DNA of 14,467 nt from positions 1 through 14,467 of the forward strand of contig CAXBQP010000064.1 in assembly GCA_963978095.1 (NCBI GenBank), given 5' to 3'. The stretch comes from an uncultured bacterium (GTDB lineage: Bacteria > Gemmatimonadota > Gemmatimonadetes > Gemmatimonadales > Gemmatimonadaceae). Under the pieces are notes generated by a model. It searched no databases. It was not told the DNA's origin and saw only the letters and a list, made by a program, of their open reading frames with translations. Position numbers and translations under genes: made by a program. This document shows positions 1-8,007 of this stretch, piece after piece; position 1 is the stretch's first letter, and each line of letters begins with the position of its first letter.

Positions 1-492
1 ATGTCAACTCCTTTGATACTCCTGATGCGCCGCTGTGTCCTGGCCGGCGGGCTTTTCGCGTTGGCGAGTGCGCCGGCGGGCGCCCAGGGCGCGCTCTCGG
101 ACAGCACAAAGAAGCCCATGCAGGAGTTCTCCGTCTCCAACATGGCGCAATGGGCCCCAGGAAGCCCAGCACCGCGCTACCCCGAGTCGCTGAAGAACGC
201 CGGAACGATCGGTGTGGTCTTGGCGCAAATGGTTGTGGACACCAACGGCACCGCCATCGAGAGCACGCTCAAGATCGTACGGGCGGCTGATCCGGGGTTC
301 GTCCAGGCGATCAAGGACGTGATGCCCCGGATGCGCTTTCTTCCTGCGAAGGTCGGCGATCGGAAGGTCAAACAGCTGGTGCAGATCCAGTATCGCTTTG
401 CCATCCAGGGAAAGCCCGCGCCCACCGACACGCTCCTCGCGAAGGGGCCGATTCATTCGCTGGACGTCTGGATCACGGGGATCCCGCGGTAA
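1..492 (+). CDS. TonB C-terminal domain protein (energy transducer TonB family), with signal-peptide-like N-terminus
   Basis: ORF of 163 aa. PRYPESLKNAGTIGVVLAQMVVDTNG...F...MRFLPAKVGDRKVKQLVQIQYRF matches the TonB_C pattern (YP..A...G..G.V.....VD..G; F.PA...G..V). Hydrophobic N-terminus ends in AGA|QG. Alternative start ATG at 25; upstream context lies outside the window. Confidence 0.8.
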   Translation: MSTPLILLMRRCVLAGGLFALASAPAGAQGALSDSTKKPMQEFSVSNMAQWAPGSPAPRYPESLKNAGTIGVVLAQMVVDTNGTAIESTLKIVRAADPGFVQAIKDVMPRMRFLPAKVGDRKVKQLVQIQYRFAIQGKPAPTDTLLAKGPIHSLDVWITGIPR

Positions 493-521
493 GCACCCAC
501 GATCGTAAACAGAACCTCATC

Positions 522-561
522 AGGGGCGTCTCTCGGCTCGTTTCCTGTGCGAGGCGCCCCT
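522..561 (+). other. Intergenic stem-loop downstream of the tonB-like gene
   Basis: AGGGGCGTCTC (522-532) pairs with GAGGCGCCCCT (551-561): 11 bp including one G-U pair, 18-nt loop, no good U-tract. Confidence 0.35.
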
Positions 562-582
562 TCCCCATTCCCGGAGTCCCGA

Positions 583-1803
583 ATGCCGCGCGTGATCGTG
601 ATCGGTGCAGGCGCTGCGGGCTCCATGGCCGCGATCTTCGCCGCCCGTGGTGGCGCCGAGACGATCTTGCTCGAAGGGAGTCCCGACGGCGGCCGAAAGA
701 TCCTGATCAGCGGTGGAGGTCGCTGCAACATCCTTCCCATGGTGGTGGACGAGGCGCGCTACATCACCGACTCTTCACCGAATCTCTTGCGAAAGATGTT
801 GCGCGCGTGGCCGGTCGGTGAGCAGCGGGCGTTCTTCGAGACGGATCTCGGAATTCCGCTGGCGGAGGAGCAGGAGTTGAATAAACTTTTCCCCGCGTCG
901 AATCGGGCGCGCGACGTGCGCGACGGTCTGCTGACCGCAGCCAAGAGTGCCGGGGTGCGGGTGCTTCATGGTCAGAGGGTCGTGGGCATCGAGCCGACTG
1001 ATGGCGGTTGGCGCGTGGATATCGGTGACAGCGCATCGATGACCGGTGATCGGGTCATCCTCGCAACGGGGGGACTCTCCGTGCCCGCCACGGGGTCGGA
1101 CGGCACAGGCCTCAGAATGCTCAGCCAGCTCGGGTACAAGATGCACGAGCGCTACGCGGCGCTGACACCGATCACCGCGCCCCCCTCGTCGTACACGGCG
1201 CTCGCAGGGCTCTCGCTCACCGTCACCATCACTGCGCGGAGCGCGGCTCGCTCGTCGAAGGCCACCGGGGGGTTCCTCTTCACCCATCGTGGGTACAGCG
1301 GGCCGTCAGTGCTCAACGTGTCACACGTAGTGGTCCGTGCCCGCGCGGCCGGGCTCCCGGCGACCCTCACGGTGCAGTGGACTCCGCTCCAGGACGCCGA
1401 CTGGGAAGCGCGCCTGCGCCCAGAGGGGGGACGAACGGTCACTGGTGCCGTGCGGGCCGAACTTCCCGACCGTTTGGCGACGGTACTGATCGCGGCGGCG
1501 GCGGTTGACCCCTCGCGCCTGCTCTCGGACTTGCGCCGAGCGGAGCGGCTGCGGTTGGTCGAAACGCTGGTACGCGGCGATCTGCCTTGGAACGGCGATG
1601 AGGGCTACAAGAAAGCCGAGGTCACGGGAGGAGGTGTCGCTCTCAGCGAGGTGCACCCGCGCACGATGGAGAGTCGGCGCCACCCCGGGCTTTTCCTGTG
1701 CGGTGAAGTGCTCGACGCGTTCGGACCGATCGGCGGCTACAACTTTCTCTGGGCCTGGTCCACGGGACGGGCAGCGGGATTGGGCGCTGCGGCAACTCAC
1801 TAG
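583..1803 (+). CDS. NAD(P)/FAD-dependent oxidoreductase, HI0933/YhiN/BaiN family flavoprotein
   Basis: Motifs VIGAGAAG, GRKILISGGGRCN, ATGGLSVPATGSDG, LFTHRGYSGP, AEVTGGGV, TMES..PGLFLCGEVLD..GPIGGYN. Start placed at ATG 583 (GGAG at 573-576; the Rossmann motif follows immediately) rather than 547. Confidence 0.93.
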   Translation: MPRVIVIGAGAAGSMAAIFAARGGAETILLEGSPDGGRKILISGGGRCNILPMVVDEARYITDSSPNLLRKMLRAWPVGEQRAFFETDLGIPLAEEQELNKLFPASNRARDVRDGLLTAAKSAGVRVLHGQRVVGIEPTDGGWRVDIGDSASMTGDRVILATGGLSVPATGSDGTGLRMLSQLGYKMHERYAALTPITAPPSSYTALAGLSLTVTITARSAARSSKATGGFLFTHRGYSGPSVLNVSHVVVRARAAGLPATLTVQWTPLQDADWEARLRPEGGRTVTGAVRAELPDRLATVLIAAAAVDPSRLLSDLRRAERLRLVETLVRGDLPWNGDEGYKKAEVTGGGVALSEVHPRTMESRRHPGLFLCGEVLDAFGPIGGYNFLWAWSTGRAAGLGAAATH

Positions 1804-1827
1804 AATCTTCAGATGGTTCGATGCCAA

Positions 1828-1859
1828 CGGGGCCGCCGGCAACCTTGCCGACGGCCCCG
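1828..1859 (-). terminator. GC-rich hairpin between convergent genes, probable terminator
   Basis: CGGGGCCGCCGGCAA-CC-TTGCCGACGGCCCCG. The arms match at 14 of 15 positions, and the C/A mismatch becomes a G-U pair on the - strand transcript. It lies 22 nt past the M28 stop codon. The U-tract is weak. Confidence 0.6.
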
Positions 1860-1881
1860 CGCCACTTCCTAGAGCGCGCGG

Positions 1882-3708
1882 TCAGTACCGCGGCTTGGTC
1901 TTGCGCGGAACCTTGCCACAGTTCGCGGGCCAGTTCGCGGGCCAGGTGCCCGGGGAGCGGTCACGCTTGATGAACTCCGGATCCTCGGACGCCAGATAGG
2001 CCATCGTCGCCGCGAGCGTCGCATTGTGCTTCAGGTCGTCGAACACGACCTTATCGTACGTGTCGCGGTTGGTGTGCCACGTGTAGGTGCTGTAGTTCCA
2101 GCCCACCGCACCCATGCCGAAGCTCGGCGTGCCGAAGCAGGCGAACACCGCACCGTCCGTTCCACCCGGGTTGCCGGTCGGGACGTCGTTGAAGCTCCAC
2201 GACACCACGTTCGGGCTCAGGCTGTCCGTGAAGAAGCTTGGCAGCTTGGCGTACCAATCGCGAAGGTGCGGGCCGATGTTGGTGAGGCCGCTCGACGAGA
2301 GCGACTGGACCCGTCCGGTGCCGTTGTCCTGATTGAAGAGCGCCTGAAGCCCCTTCATGACTTCCGGATGATCCTCGGTGAACGCGGTCGAGCCGTTGAG
2401 TCCCTGCTCTTCGCTGGCCCAGTGCCCGACCATGATCGTGCGCTTCGGATGCGGGTACGCCTGCTTCAGGATGCGCATCGCTTCCATGGCCATCATGGTG
2501 CCGGTGCCATTGTCGGTCGAGCCGGAGCCGCCGTCCCACGAGTCGAAGTGCGCCGAAAGCATCACGTACTCGTTCGGCTTCTCCTCACCCTTGATCACGC
2601 CGATCGTATTGAACGCCGGAACCTCGCCGAGCAGTTCGGCGGTCAGGTCGAGGCGCACCTTCGGCTTCTGATTGTTCTCGGCGAGACGGAAGACGAGGCC
2701 GTAGTCCTCGCACTCGAGGGTTACGGCAGGCGCTTTGGTGTTGTAAGTCTCGAAGATCTCGATTGTGCCCCAGCCGCCTGCGCCTTGAGCTGCACCGCCA
2801 CCGAAGCCACCGCGACCGGCCGCAGCTGCCGCATTCGAGGCCGCCGGACCGCCACCGCGCATATTGTTCGGATTCGCCGCACCGCCGGCGGCGCCGCCGC
2901 GACCACCACCCGCACCACCGCGCCCAGCACCCTGTCCGGCGGCCGATGCGAAGACGTTCGCGAAGCCGCTGAGTTTGGTGCGGGAGCTGATCATTCCCGC
3001 CACGCCGGCTTTCTCGAGGCGCATGCCGAGCGTACCGGTGCCGAGCGCCAGACTGTAGCCGGTGCCGCGGTAGAGCTTCGTGCTGTCCGCGTGGCCATCC
3101 GCCGTGGTCATCACCGCCCATTCACGATTCATGATCGAGACCGCCGTGTCCATGCGCGCCTTTGATTCCGGCGTCGCGAACTTGATCCAGTCTTCGGAGG
3201 GACGGCAGGTCGGGTAGGCCGGTGAGAGCAGGACGATCTTTCCCTTGGCCTTCGGCAGCCACTTCACGAACTCGGTGCTGTCGGCGAACTTCGGAAGCAC
3301 GATCGCTTCCGCGGTAACCGGGGCGCCTTTGGTACCCGGGCTCCATGCGAGCATGGTACCGGCGAGGGAACGGGTCCGAGGCTGCACGAGGTCGATATGC
3401 GACGTGCCACGCCTCCAGCCTCGCCACGTGCCGTAGTTCTCGCGACGCGCCTCGATCCCCCACGACTTGTAGGTCTTGATGACCCAATCGCTGGCGGCGA
3501 CCATCCCCGGGCTGCCGGTCAGGCGCGGCCCGATCGAGTCGAACAGGGTCTGCGAGAGCTGCTGGACGTGCGAGCTGTCCATGCCGAGGCGCCAGATGCG
3601 CTGGATGGTGGCATCCGACGTCGGAAACTTCGTCGTTTGGGCGGCCAGTGGATTGGCCCCCAAGAGCGCAGCTGCGACGATCGGAATAGAGCGGCAGAGG
3701 TTGGTCAT
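1882..3708 (-). CDS. Secreted M28 family zinc peptidase (carboxypeptidase Q/aminopeptidase-like)
   Basis: Signal peptide MTNLCRSIPIVAAALLGANPLAA|Q from ATG 3708. DSIGPRLTGSP is present, as are the Zn-ligand motifs SAHFDSW, GSTDNGTG, ASEEQGLNGS, NQDNG and WHTNRDT. The ORF-track extension to 3870 is Arg/Pro-rich and looks non-coding. Confidence 0.92.
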   Translation of the reverse strand: MTNLCRSIPIVAAALLGANPLAAQTTKFPTSDATIQRIWRLGMDSSHVQQLSQTLFDSIGPRLTGSPGMVAASDWVIKTYKSWGIEARRENYGTWRGWRRGTSHIDLVQPRTRSLAGTMLAWSPGTKGAPVTAEAIVLPKFADSTEFVKWLPKAKGKIVLLSPAYPTCRPSEDWIKFATPESKARMDTAVSIMNREWAVMTTADGHADSTKLYRGTGYSLALGTGTLGMRLEKAGVAGMISSRTKLSGFANVFASAAGQGAGRGGAGGGRGGAAGGAANPNNMRGGGPAASNAAAAAGRGGFGGGAAQGAGGWGTIEIFETYNTKAPAVTLECEDYGLVFRLAENNQKPKVRLDLTAELLGEVPAFNTIGVIKGEEKPNEYVMLSAHFDSWDGGSGSTDNGTGTMMAMEAMRILKQAYPHPKRTIMVGHWASEEQGLNGSTAFTEDHPEVMKGLQALFNQDNGTGRVQSLSSSGLTNIGPHLRDWYAKLPSFFTDSLSPNVVSWSFNDVPTGNPGGTDGAVFACFGTPSFGMGAVGWNYSTYTWHTNRDTYDKVVFDDLKHNATLAATMAYLASEDPEFIKRDRSPGTWPANWPANCGKVPRKTKPRY

Positions 3709-4010
3709 GGGAAGACGGTGTGAGCGGGGACGTGCCGCTCGAGGCGGCGTGGGAAGCCCATCCCTTGAAACTACGCACGGGACCTCCGGGCGCCAGACGG
3801 CTCCGCAGCGCCGCCGACCGTGGGCTCCCCTTGCGGGGCACGTGCCGGTGGCGCATTGTCGAACGACCAATGCGGATCGTCACCCGAAAACGGGACCGCG
3901 TCGGCCGCGAACAGCGGGGGGAGTACGCCACCCAACACCAACGCCGTTGCGTGATCTCCCGTATCTTCCACGCGAGGGAGGCTCCCCCAACACCCCGGAC
4001 CGAGTTGACC
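3709..4010. promoter_or_regulatory. Divergent promoter region (302 bp) with inverted and direct repeats
   Basis: Lies between divergent starts at 3708(-) and 4011(+). Contains CGCATTG-N9-CAATGCG (3852-3874), a near-direct repeat (3724-3737 / 3833-3847), and a TATCTT -10-like hexamer at 3962-3967. Confidence 0.5.
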
Positions 4011-6206
4011 ATGAAGCGAACGCTATGTCTCGTGATTGCCGCCACTGCCGTCATGGCCCCATCCCACCCGCTCTCGCGGGAGCGCTCGGCAGCGCTGGCA
4101 CGTTGGGAGCAACAGGCCCGCAATGTGACCATCACCCGCGATGATTGGGGGATTGCCCACATTCATGGCAAGACGGATGCTGACGCGGTCTTTGGCATGA
4201 TGTACGCGCAGGCCGAGGACGATTTCAATCGCATCGAGACGAACTTCATCAACTCGCAGGGACGGCTGGCCGAGGCCGAGGGGGAGGCCGAGGTGTGGCG
4301 CGACCTTCGGATGAAACTGTTCGTCAATCCCGACTCGATGAAGGCCAAGTATGCCGCGAGCCCCACGTGGCTGAAGACATTGATGATCGCTTGGGCCGAC
4401 GGTCTCAACTTCTACCTCGCGAAGCATCCGGAGGAGAAAGCGCGCGTTCTGACCACGTTCGAGCCGTGGATGGCGCTGACGTTCAGCGAAGGGAGCATCG
4501 GGGGTGACATCGAGAAGGTCAACCTGACGCAGTTGGCGGCCACGTATGGCGGTGCCGCCGCCGCACCGGTCCCACCGAGCGACGTGTCCGCTGGTGAGTA
4601 CGTGGAGCCGACCGGCTCGAATGGAATCGCGGTCGCGCCGAAGAATACCACCAACAAGCGCGCACTCCTGCTCATCAATCCGCACACCTCGTTCTTCTTC
4701 CGCTCGGAGCTGAAGGTGGAGAGCGATGCCGGCTTGAATGCGTACGGCGCGGTGACATGGGGACAGTTCTTCATTTACCAGGGGTTCAACGACCGTGCGG
4801 GATGGATGCACACGACCAGTAGTGTCGACGACACCGACGAGTATCTCGAGACGCTGACGCAGCGCGACGGAAAGTGGTACTACAAGTACGGCACCGGCGA
4901 ACGGCCGGTCATCGTCGAGAAGATCGTGGTGCCGTACAAAACGGCGAGCGGCTTGGCGCGCAAGGAGTTTTCGGTGCTCCGGACACACCATGGGCCGCTC
5001 GTGCGCAAGCAGGACGGCAAATGGGTCGCCATGCGCATCATGCAGGAGCCCGTGAAGGCGCTGACGCAATCGTACACGCGGACGAAGGCCCGCAACTATG
5101 CGGACTTCCGACGGTCAATGGAGTTGCATACCAACTCCTCGAACAACACCATTTACGCGGACGCCGACGGCACCATCGCCTACTTCCACGCGAACTTCAT
5201 CCCGAAGCGGAATCCGAAGTTCGACTGGCGGCGCCCCGTGGACGGCAGTGATCCCGCCACGGAATGGGGCCCTGTGCATGAGGTCGAGGAGAGTCCGTTC
5301 CTCAAGAATCCCGAAAGTGGTTGGCTGTACAACACGAACAATGCTCCGTGGACGGCGTCAGGCCCGAGCAGCCCCAAGCCGGAGAAGTACCCCGCCTACA
5401 TGGACATCGGCACGGAGAACGCCCGCGGATTGCATGCGGTCCGCGTCCTGAGCGGGCGCAAGGATTTCTCGATCGAGAACCTTCGCGCGGCGGCCTATGA
5501 CAGTTACCTGCCGGCCTTCGCCGCCATGCTGCCAGGACTGTTGAAGGCCTACGATGCAACCCCGACGACTGATCCGCTGAAGGCCGCGCTCAAAGATCAG
5601 ATCGACGTCCTGCGTCGTTGGGACTATCGTTGGGCCAGCAGCAGCGTAGCGACCTCGCTCGCCGTGTACTGGGGTGAGGCGCTCGGACGTCTGGTCGCCG
5701 CCGATGCGCGGGGGACCGCCGGAGGAGTCGATGAATACATGATGTCCGGCAAGTCGGACCCCGCCAAGCAACTGCAGGCGTTGGCGAATGCATCGGACAA
5801 GCTGACGGTCGATTTCGGCAAGTGGGCGACGCCTTGGGGGGAGATCAACCGCTTCCAGCGACTGACGGCGGATATCGTGCATCCCTTCAATGACGGCGGC
5901 GCCAGCATTCCGGTGGCCTTCACCTCCGCACGCTGGGGATCACTCGCGTCGTTCGGCGCGCGGGCGTACCCACAGACCAAGAAGTGGTATGGCACGAGCG
6001 GCAACAGTTTCGTTTCAGTCGTCGAGTTCGGTGACAGCGTGCGCGCGAGGGCCGTGTCGGCCGGCGGTGAAAGCGGTCGTGTCGGCAACAGGCATTTCAT
6101 CGACCAAGCGCAGCGCTACGCGACCGGGAATCTCCGCGACGTGTACTTCTATGCCAACCAGCTCACGGGCCACACCGAACGTGCAGCGTATCATCCCGGC
6201 GAATAG
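4011..6206 (+). CDS. Penicillin acylase family protein (peptidase S45, Ntn-hydrolase; glutaryl-7-ACA/AHL acylase-like)
   Basis: Signal-like N-terminus MKRTLCLVIAATAVMA. ITRDDWGIAHIHG and YAQAEDDF mark the alpha subunit. An Ala/Pro spacer precedes G|SNGIAVAP (nucleophile Ser codon 4617-4619), followed by LLINPH, GFN..GWMHT, NTIYADADG and LYNTNNAPW. Confidence 0.93.
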   Translation: MKRTLCLVIAATAVMAPSHPLSRERSAALARWEQQARNVTITRDDWGIAHIHGKTDADAVFGMMYAQAEDDFNRIETNFINSQGRLAEAEGEAEVWRDLRMKLFVNPDSMKAKYAASPTWLKTLMIAWADGLNFYLAKHPEEKARVLTTFEPWMALTFSEGSIGGDIEKVNLTQLAATYGGAAAAPVPPSDVSAGEYVEPTGSNGIAVAPKNTTNKRALLLINPHTSFFFRSELKVESDAGLNAYGAVTWGQFFIYQGFNDRAGWMHTTSSVDDTDEYLETLTQRDGKWYYKYGTGERPVIVEKIVVPYKTASGLARKEFSVLRTHHGPLVRKQDGKWVAMRIMQEPVKALTQSYTRTKARNYADFRRSMELHTNSSNNTIYADADGTIAYFHANFIPKRNPKFDWRRPVDGSDPATEWGPVHEVEESPFLKNPESGWLYNTNNAPWTASGPSSPKPEKYPAYMDIGTENARGLHAVRVLSGRKDFSIENLRAAAYDSYLPAFAAMLPGLLKAYDATPTTDPLKAALKDQIDVLRRWDYRWASSSVATSLAVYWGEALGRLVAADARGTAGGVDEYMMSGKSDPAKQLQALANASDKLTVDFGKWATPWGEINRFQRLTADIVHPFNDGGASIPVAFTSARWGSLASFGARAYPQTKKWYGTSGNSFVSVVEFGDSVRARAVSAGGESGRVGNRHFIDQAQRYATGNLRDVYFYANQLTGHTERAAYHPGE

Positions 6207-6273
6207 GCTTGAGTTGGATTCGCGACGCGCCGTCCATCGCCGCCCCTCCTCCCAACGCTCCGACCACTCCCCC

Positions 6274-7968
6274 ATGACAGATCACATCGTTCCCCTCCCC
6301 CGAGCGCTGAGCGCCCTGCTGCTGACGGCCCTGCTCGCGACGGCGTGCGGGCGCGCCGGTGAAGCCGGCACGAACCACGCCCCCGTGCCGGCAGAAGCGC
6401 TCAGCGCGATCGATACTGCCACCGTCCTTCAGCACATCCGTGTGCTCGCCGCCGATTCGCTCCTCGGACGTTCACCCGGAACGGCGGGAGAGGACAAGTC
6501 GGTCGCGTACCTCGAAGCGCAGTTCCGGGCGATGGGCCTCAAACCCGGGAATCCGGACGGTAGCTATATCCAAAAGGTGCCGCTCGTCGGCATCACGGTG
6601 AAGAATGCTCCTGCCCTGACCTTCACCGCCCGGGGAAAGAGCACCACCCTGAAGTGGCGTGACGATTACGTCGCCTGGACGAAGCACGTCGCGCCCAGTG
6701 CAGCGCTCAAGAACTCGGAACTGGTGTTCGTGGGTTACGGCGTCGAAGCGCCGGAGTTCGGCTGGGATGACTTCAAAGGCGTGGACGTCACGGGCAAGAC
6801 GATGGTGGTGCTCGTGAACGACCCCCCGGTGAGCGACACCGCGATCTTCGGCGGCCCCAGAATGACCTATTACGGTCGCTGGACCTACAAGTACGAACAG
6901 GGGATGAAGCACAAGGCGGCGGGCGTCCTGATCGTGCATCAAACCGAACGCGCGGGCTACCCGTTCGCAGTGGTTCAAGGGAAGACCGCCGAACAATTCG
7001 ACCTCGTCACGCCCGATAAAAACATGCGGCGCAGCGAGATCGAGGGCTGGATCACGCTCGATCAGGCCAAGGCACTCTTCGCCATGGCGGGGCAGGATTT
7101 CGACGCGTTGTCGGCCAAGGCAGCAACGAAAGCGTTCTCCCCCGTCCCGCTCGGTGTCACGGCCAGCGTCACGTTGCAGAACACCCTGCGCACGGTGGAC
7201 TCCCGCAACGTCGTGGCGAAACTCGAAGGGTCAGATCCGGTCCTCAAGAACGAGTATGTCATCTACACGGCGCACTGGGATCATTTTGGCATCGGCGAGA
7301 AAGTGAACGGCGATTCCATCTACAATGGCGCCCTGGACAATGCGACTGGAACGGCCGGATTGCTGGCTATGGCCAAGGGGTTTGCGGCGGCAAGAACAGC
7401 CCCAAAGCGCTCGATCCTGTTCCTGTCCGTGACCTCCGAGGAACAGGGCCTGCTGGGCTCGCAATACTATGCGATGATGCCGCTGTATCCCCTCAACAAG
7501 ACGCTCGCCAACATCAACATGGACGGGCTGAACACCTGGGGCAAAACGAAGGACGTGGTCGTCATTGGGCTCGGCGCTTCGGACCTCGATGATTACGCCC
7601 GAACCGCCGCCACCGAACAAGGGGGGCGGACGTTGCGTGGTGACGCGGAGCCGGAGAAAGGCTTCTACTACCGCTCGGACCATTTCAACTTCGCGAAAGT
7701 CGGCGTGCCCGCCTTCGATCCGGAGTCGGGCGTCGATTATATCGGCAAGGATGCGGGGTACGGCAAGCGGACCCGTGACGATTATACCACCAACAACTAC
7801 CACAAGCCCTCCGACGAGATCAAGCCTGCATGGGATCTCTCGGGCGCGGTGCAAGATCTGCAGCTGTTCTTCACCATCGGTTATCGCGTGGCTGAAGCCA
7901 CCACGTATCCGGAGTGGAAGACCGGCAACGAGTTCCGCGCGACGCGAGAGAAGTCGCTGAAGCCGTAA
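6274..7968 (+). CDS. M28 family peptidase with PA domain, predicted lipoprotein
   Basis: ATG 6274; lipobox LATA|C (Cys25, 6346-6348). LAADSLLGRSPGT; PA domain LVFVGYGV..WDDFKGVDVTGK..YYGRWTYK; catalytic motifs TAHWDH, GALDNATG, SEEQGLLGS, NMDG, RSDHFNF, YHKPSDE. Confidence 0.93.
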   Translation: MTDHIVPLPRALSALLLTALLATACGRAGEAGTNHAPVPAEALSAIDTATVLQHIRVLAADSLLGRSPGTAGEDKSVAYLEAQFRAMGLKPGNPDGSYIQKVPLVGITVKNAPALTFTARGKSTTLKWRDDYVAWTKHVAPSAALKNSELVFVGYGVEAPEFGWDDFKGVDVTGKTMVVLVNDPPVSDTAIFGGPRMTYYGRWTYKYEQGMKHKAAGVLIVHQTERAGYPFAVVQGKTAEQFDLVTPDKNMRRSEIEGWITLDQAKALFAMAGQDFDALSAKAATKAFSPVPLGVTASVTLQNTLRTVDSRNVVAKLEGSDPVLKNEYVIYTAHWDHFGIGEKVNGDSIYNGALDNATGTAGLLAMAKGFAAARTAPKRSILFLSVTSEEQGLLGSQYYAMMPLYPLNKTLANINMDGLNTWGKTKDVVVIGLGASDLDDYARTAATEQGGRTLRGDAEPEKGFYYRSDHFNFAKVGVPAFDPESGVDYIGKDAGYGKRTRDDYTTNNYHKPSDEIKPAWDLSGAVQDLQLFFTIGYRVAEATTYPEWKTGNEFRATREKSLKP

Positions 7969-8007
7969 CCTCGTCTCGCGAACAGCCACCACCGATCCCG
8001 GAATGCC

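Noticed and set aside
1919..1945. 12-bp duplication CAGTTCGCGGGC x2 encoding WPANWPAN
   Set aside because: Real, but only two copies in a C-terminal tail; no evidence of special function.
2026..3165. 379-aa + strand ORF, and other long antisense ORFs (3122-4162, 4023-5069, 7231-7992, 12348-13205)
   Set aside because: Shadow ORFs opposite well-supported genes, Arg/Gly/Pro-rich with no motifs; expected in high-GC DNA.
3918..3929. GGGGAGTACGCC resembling a conserved 16S rRNA segment
   Set aside because: Only about 12 nt match and the flanks are unrelated; coincidental.
3947..3967. TTGCGT...TATCTT as a sigma-70 -35/-10 pair
   Set aside because: The spacer is only 9 nt; the -10-like hexamer alone is insufficient.
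3720..4010. N-terminal extensions of the acylase (from 3720) and of the - strand M28 (from 3870)
   Set aside because: They would overlap each other head to head and bury the signal peptides that begin at 4011 and 3708.
5890..6273. 128-aa N-terminal extension of the M28 lipoprotein
   Set aside because: It overlaps the acylase gene by more than 300 nt; the lipoprotein signal starts at 6274.
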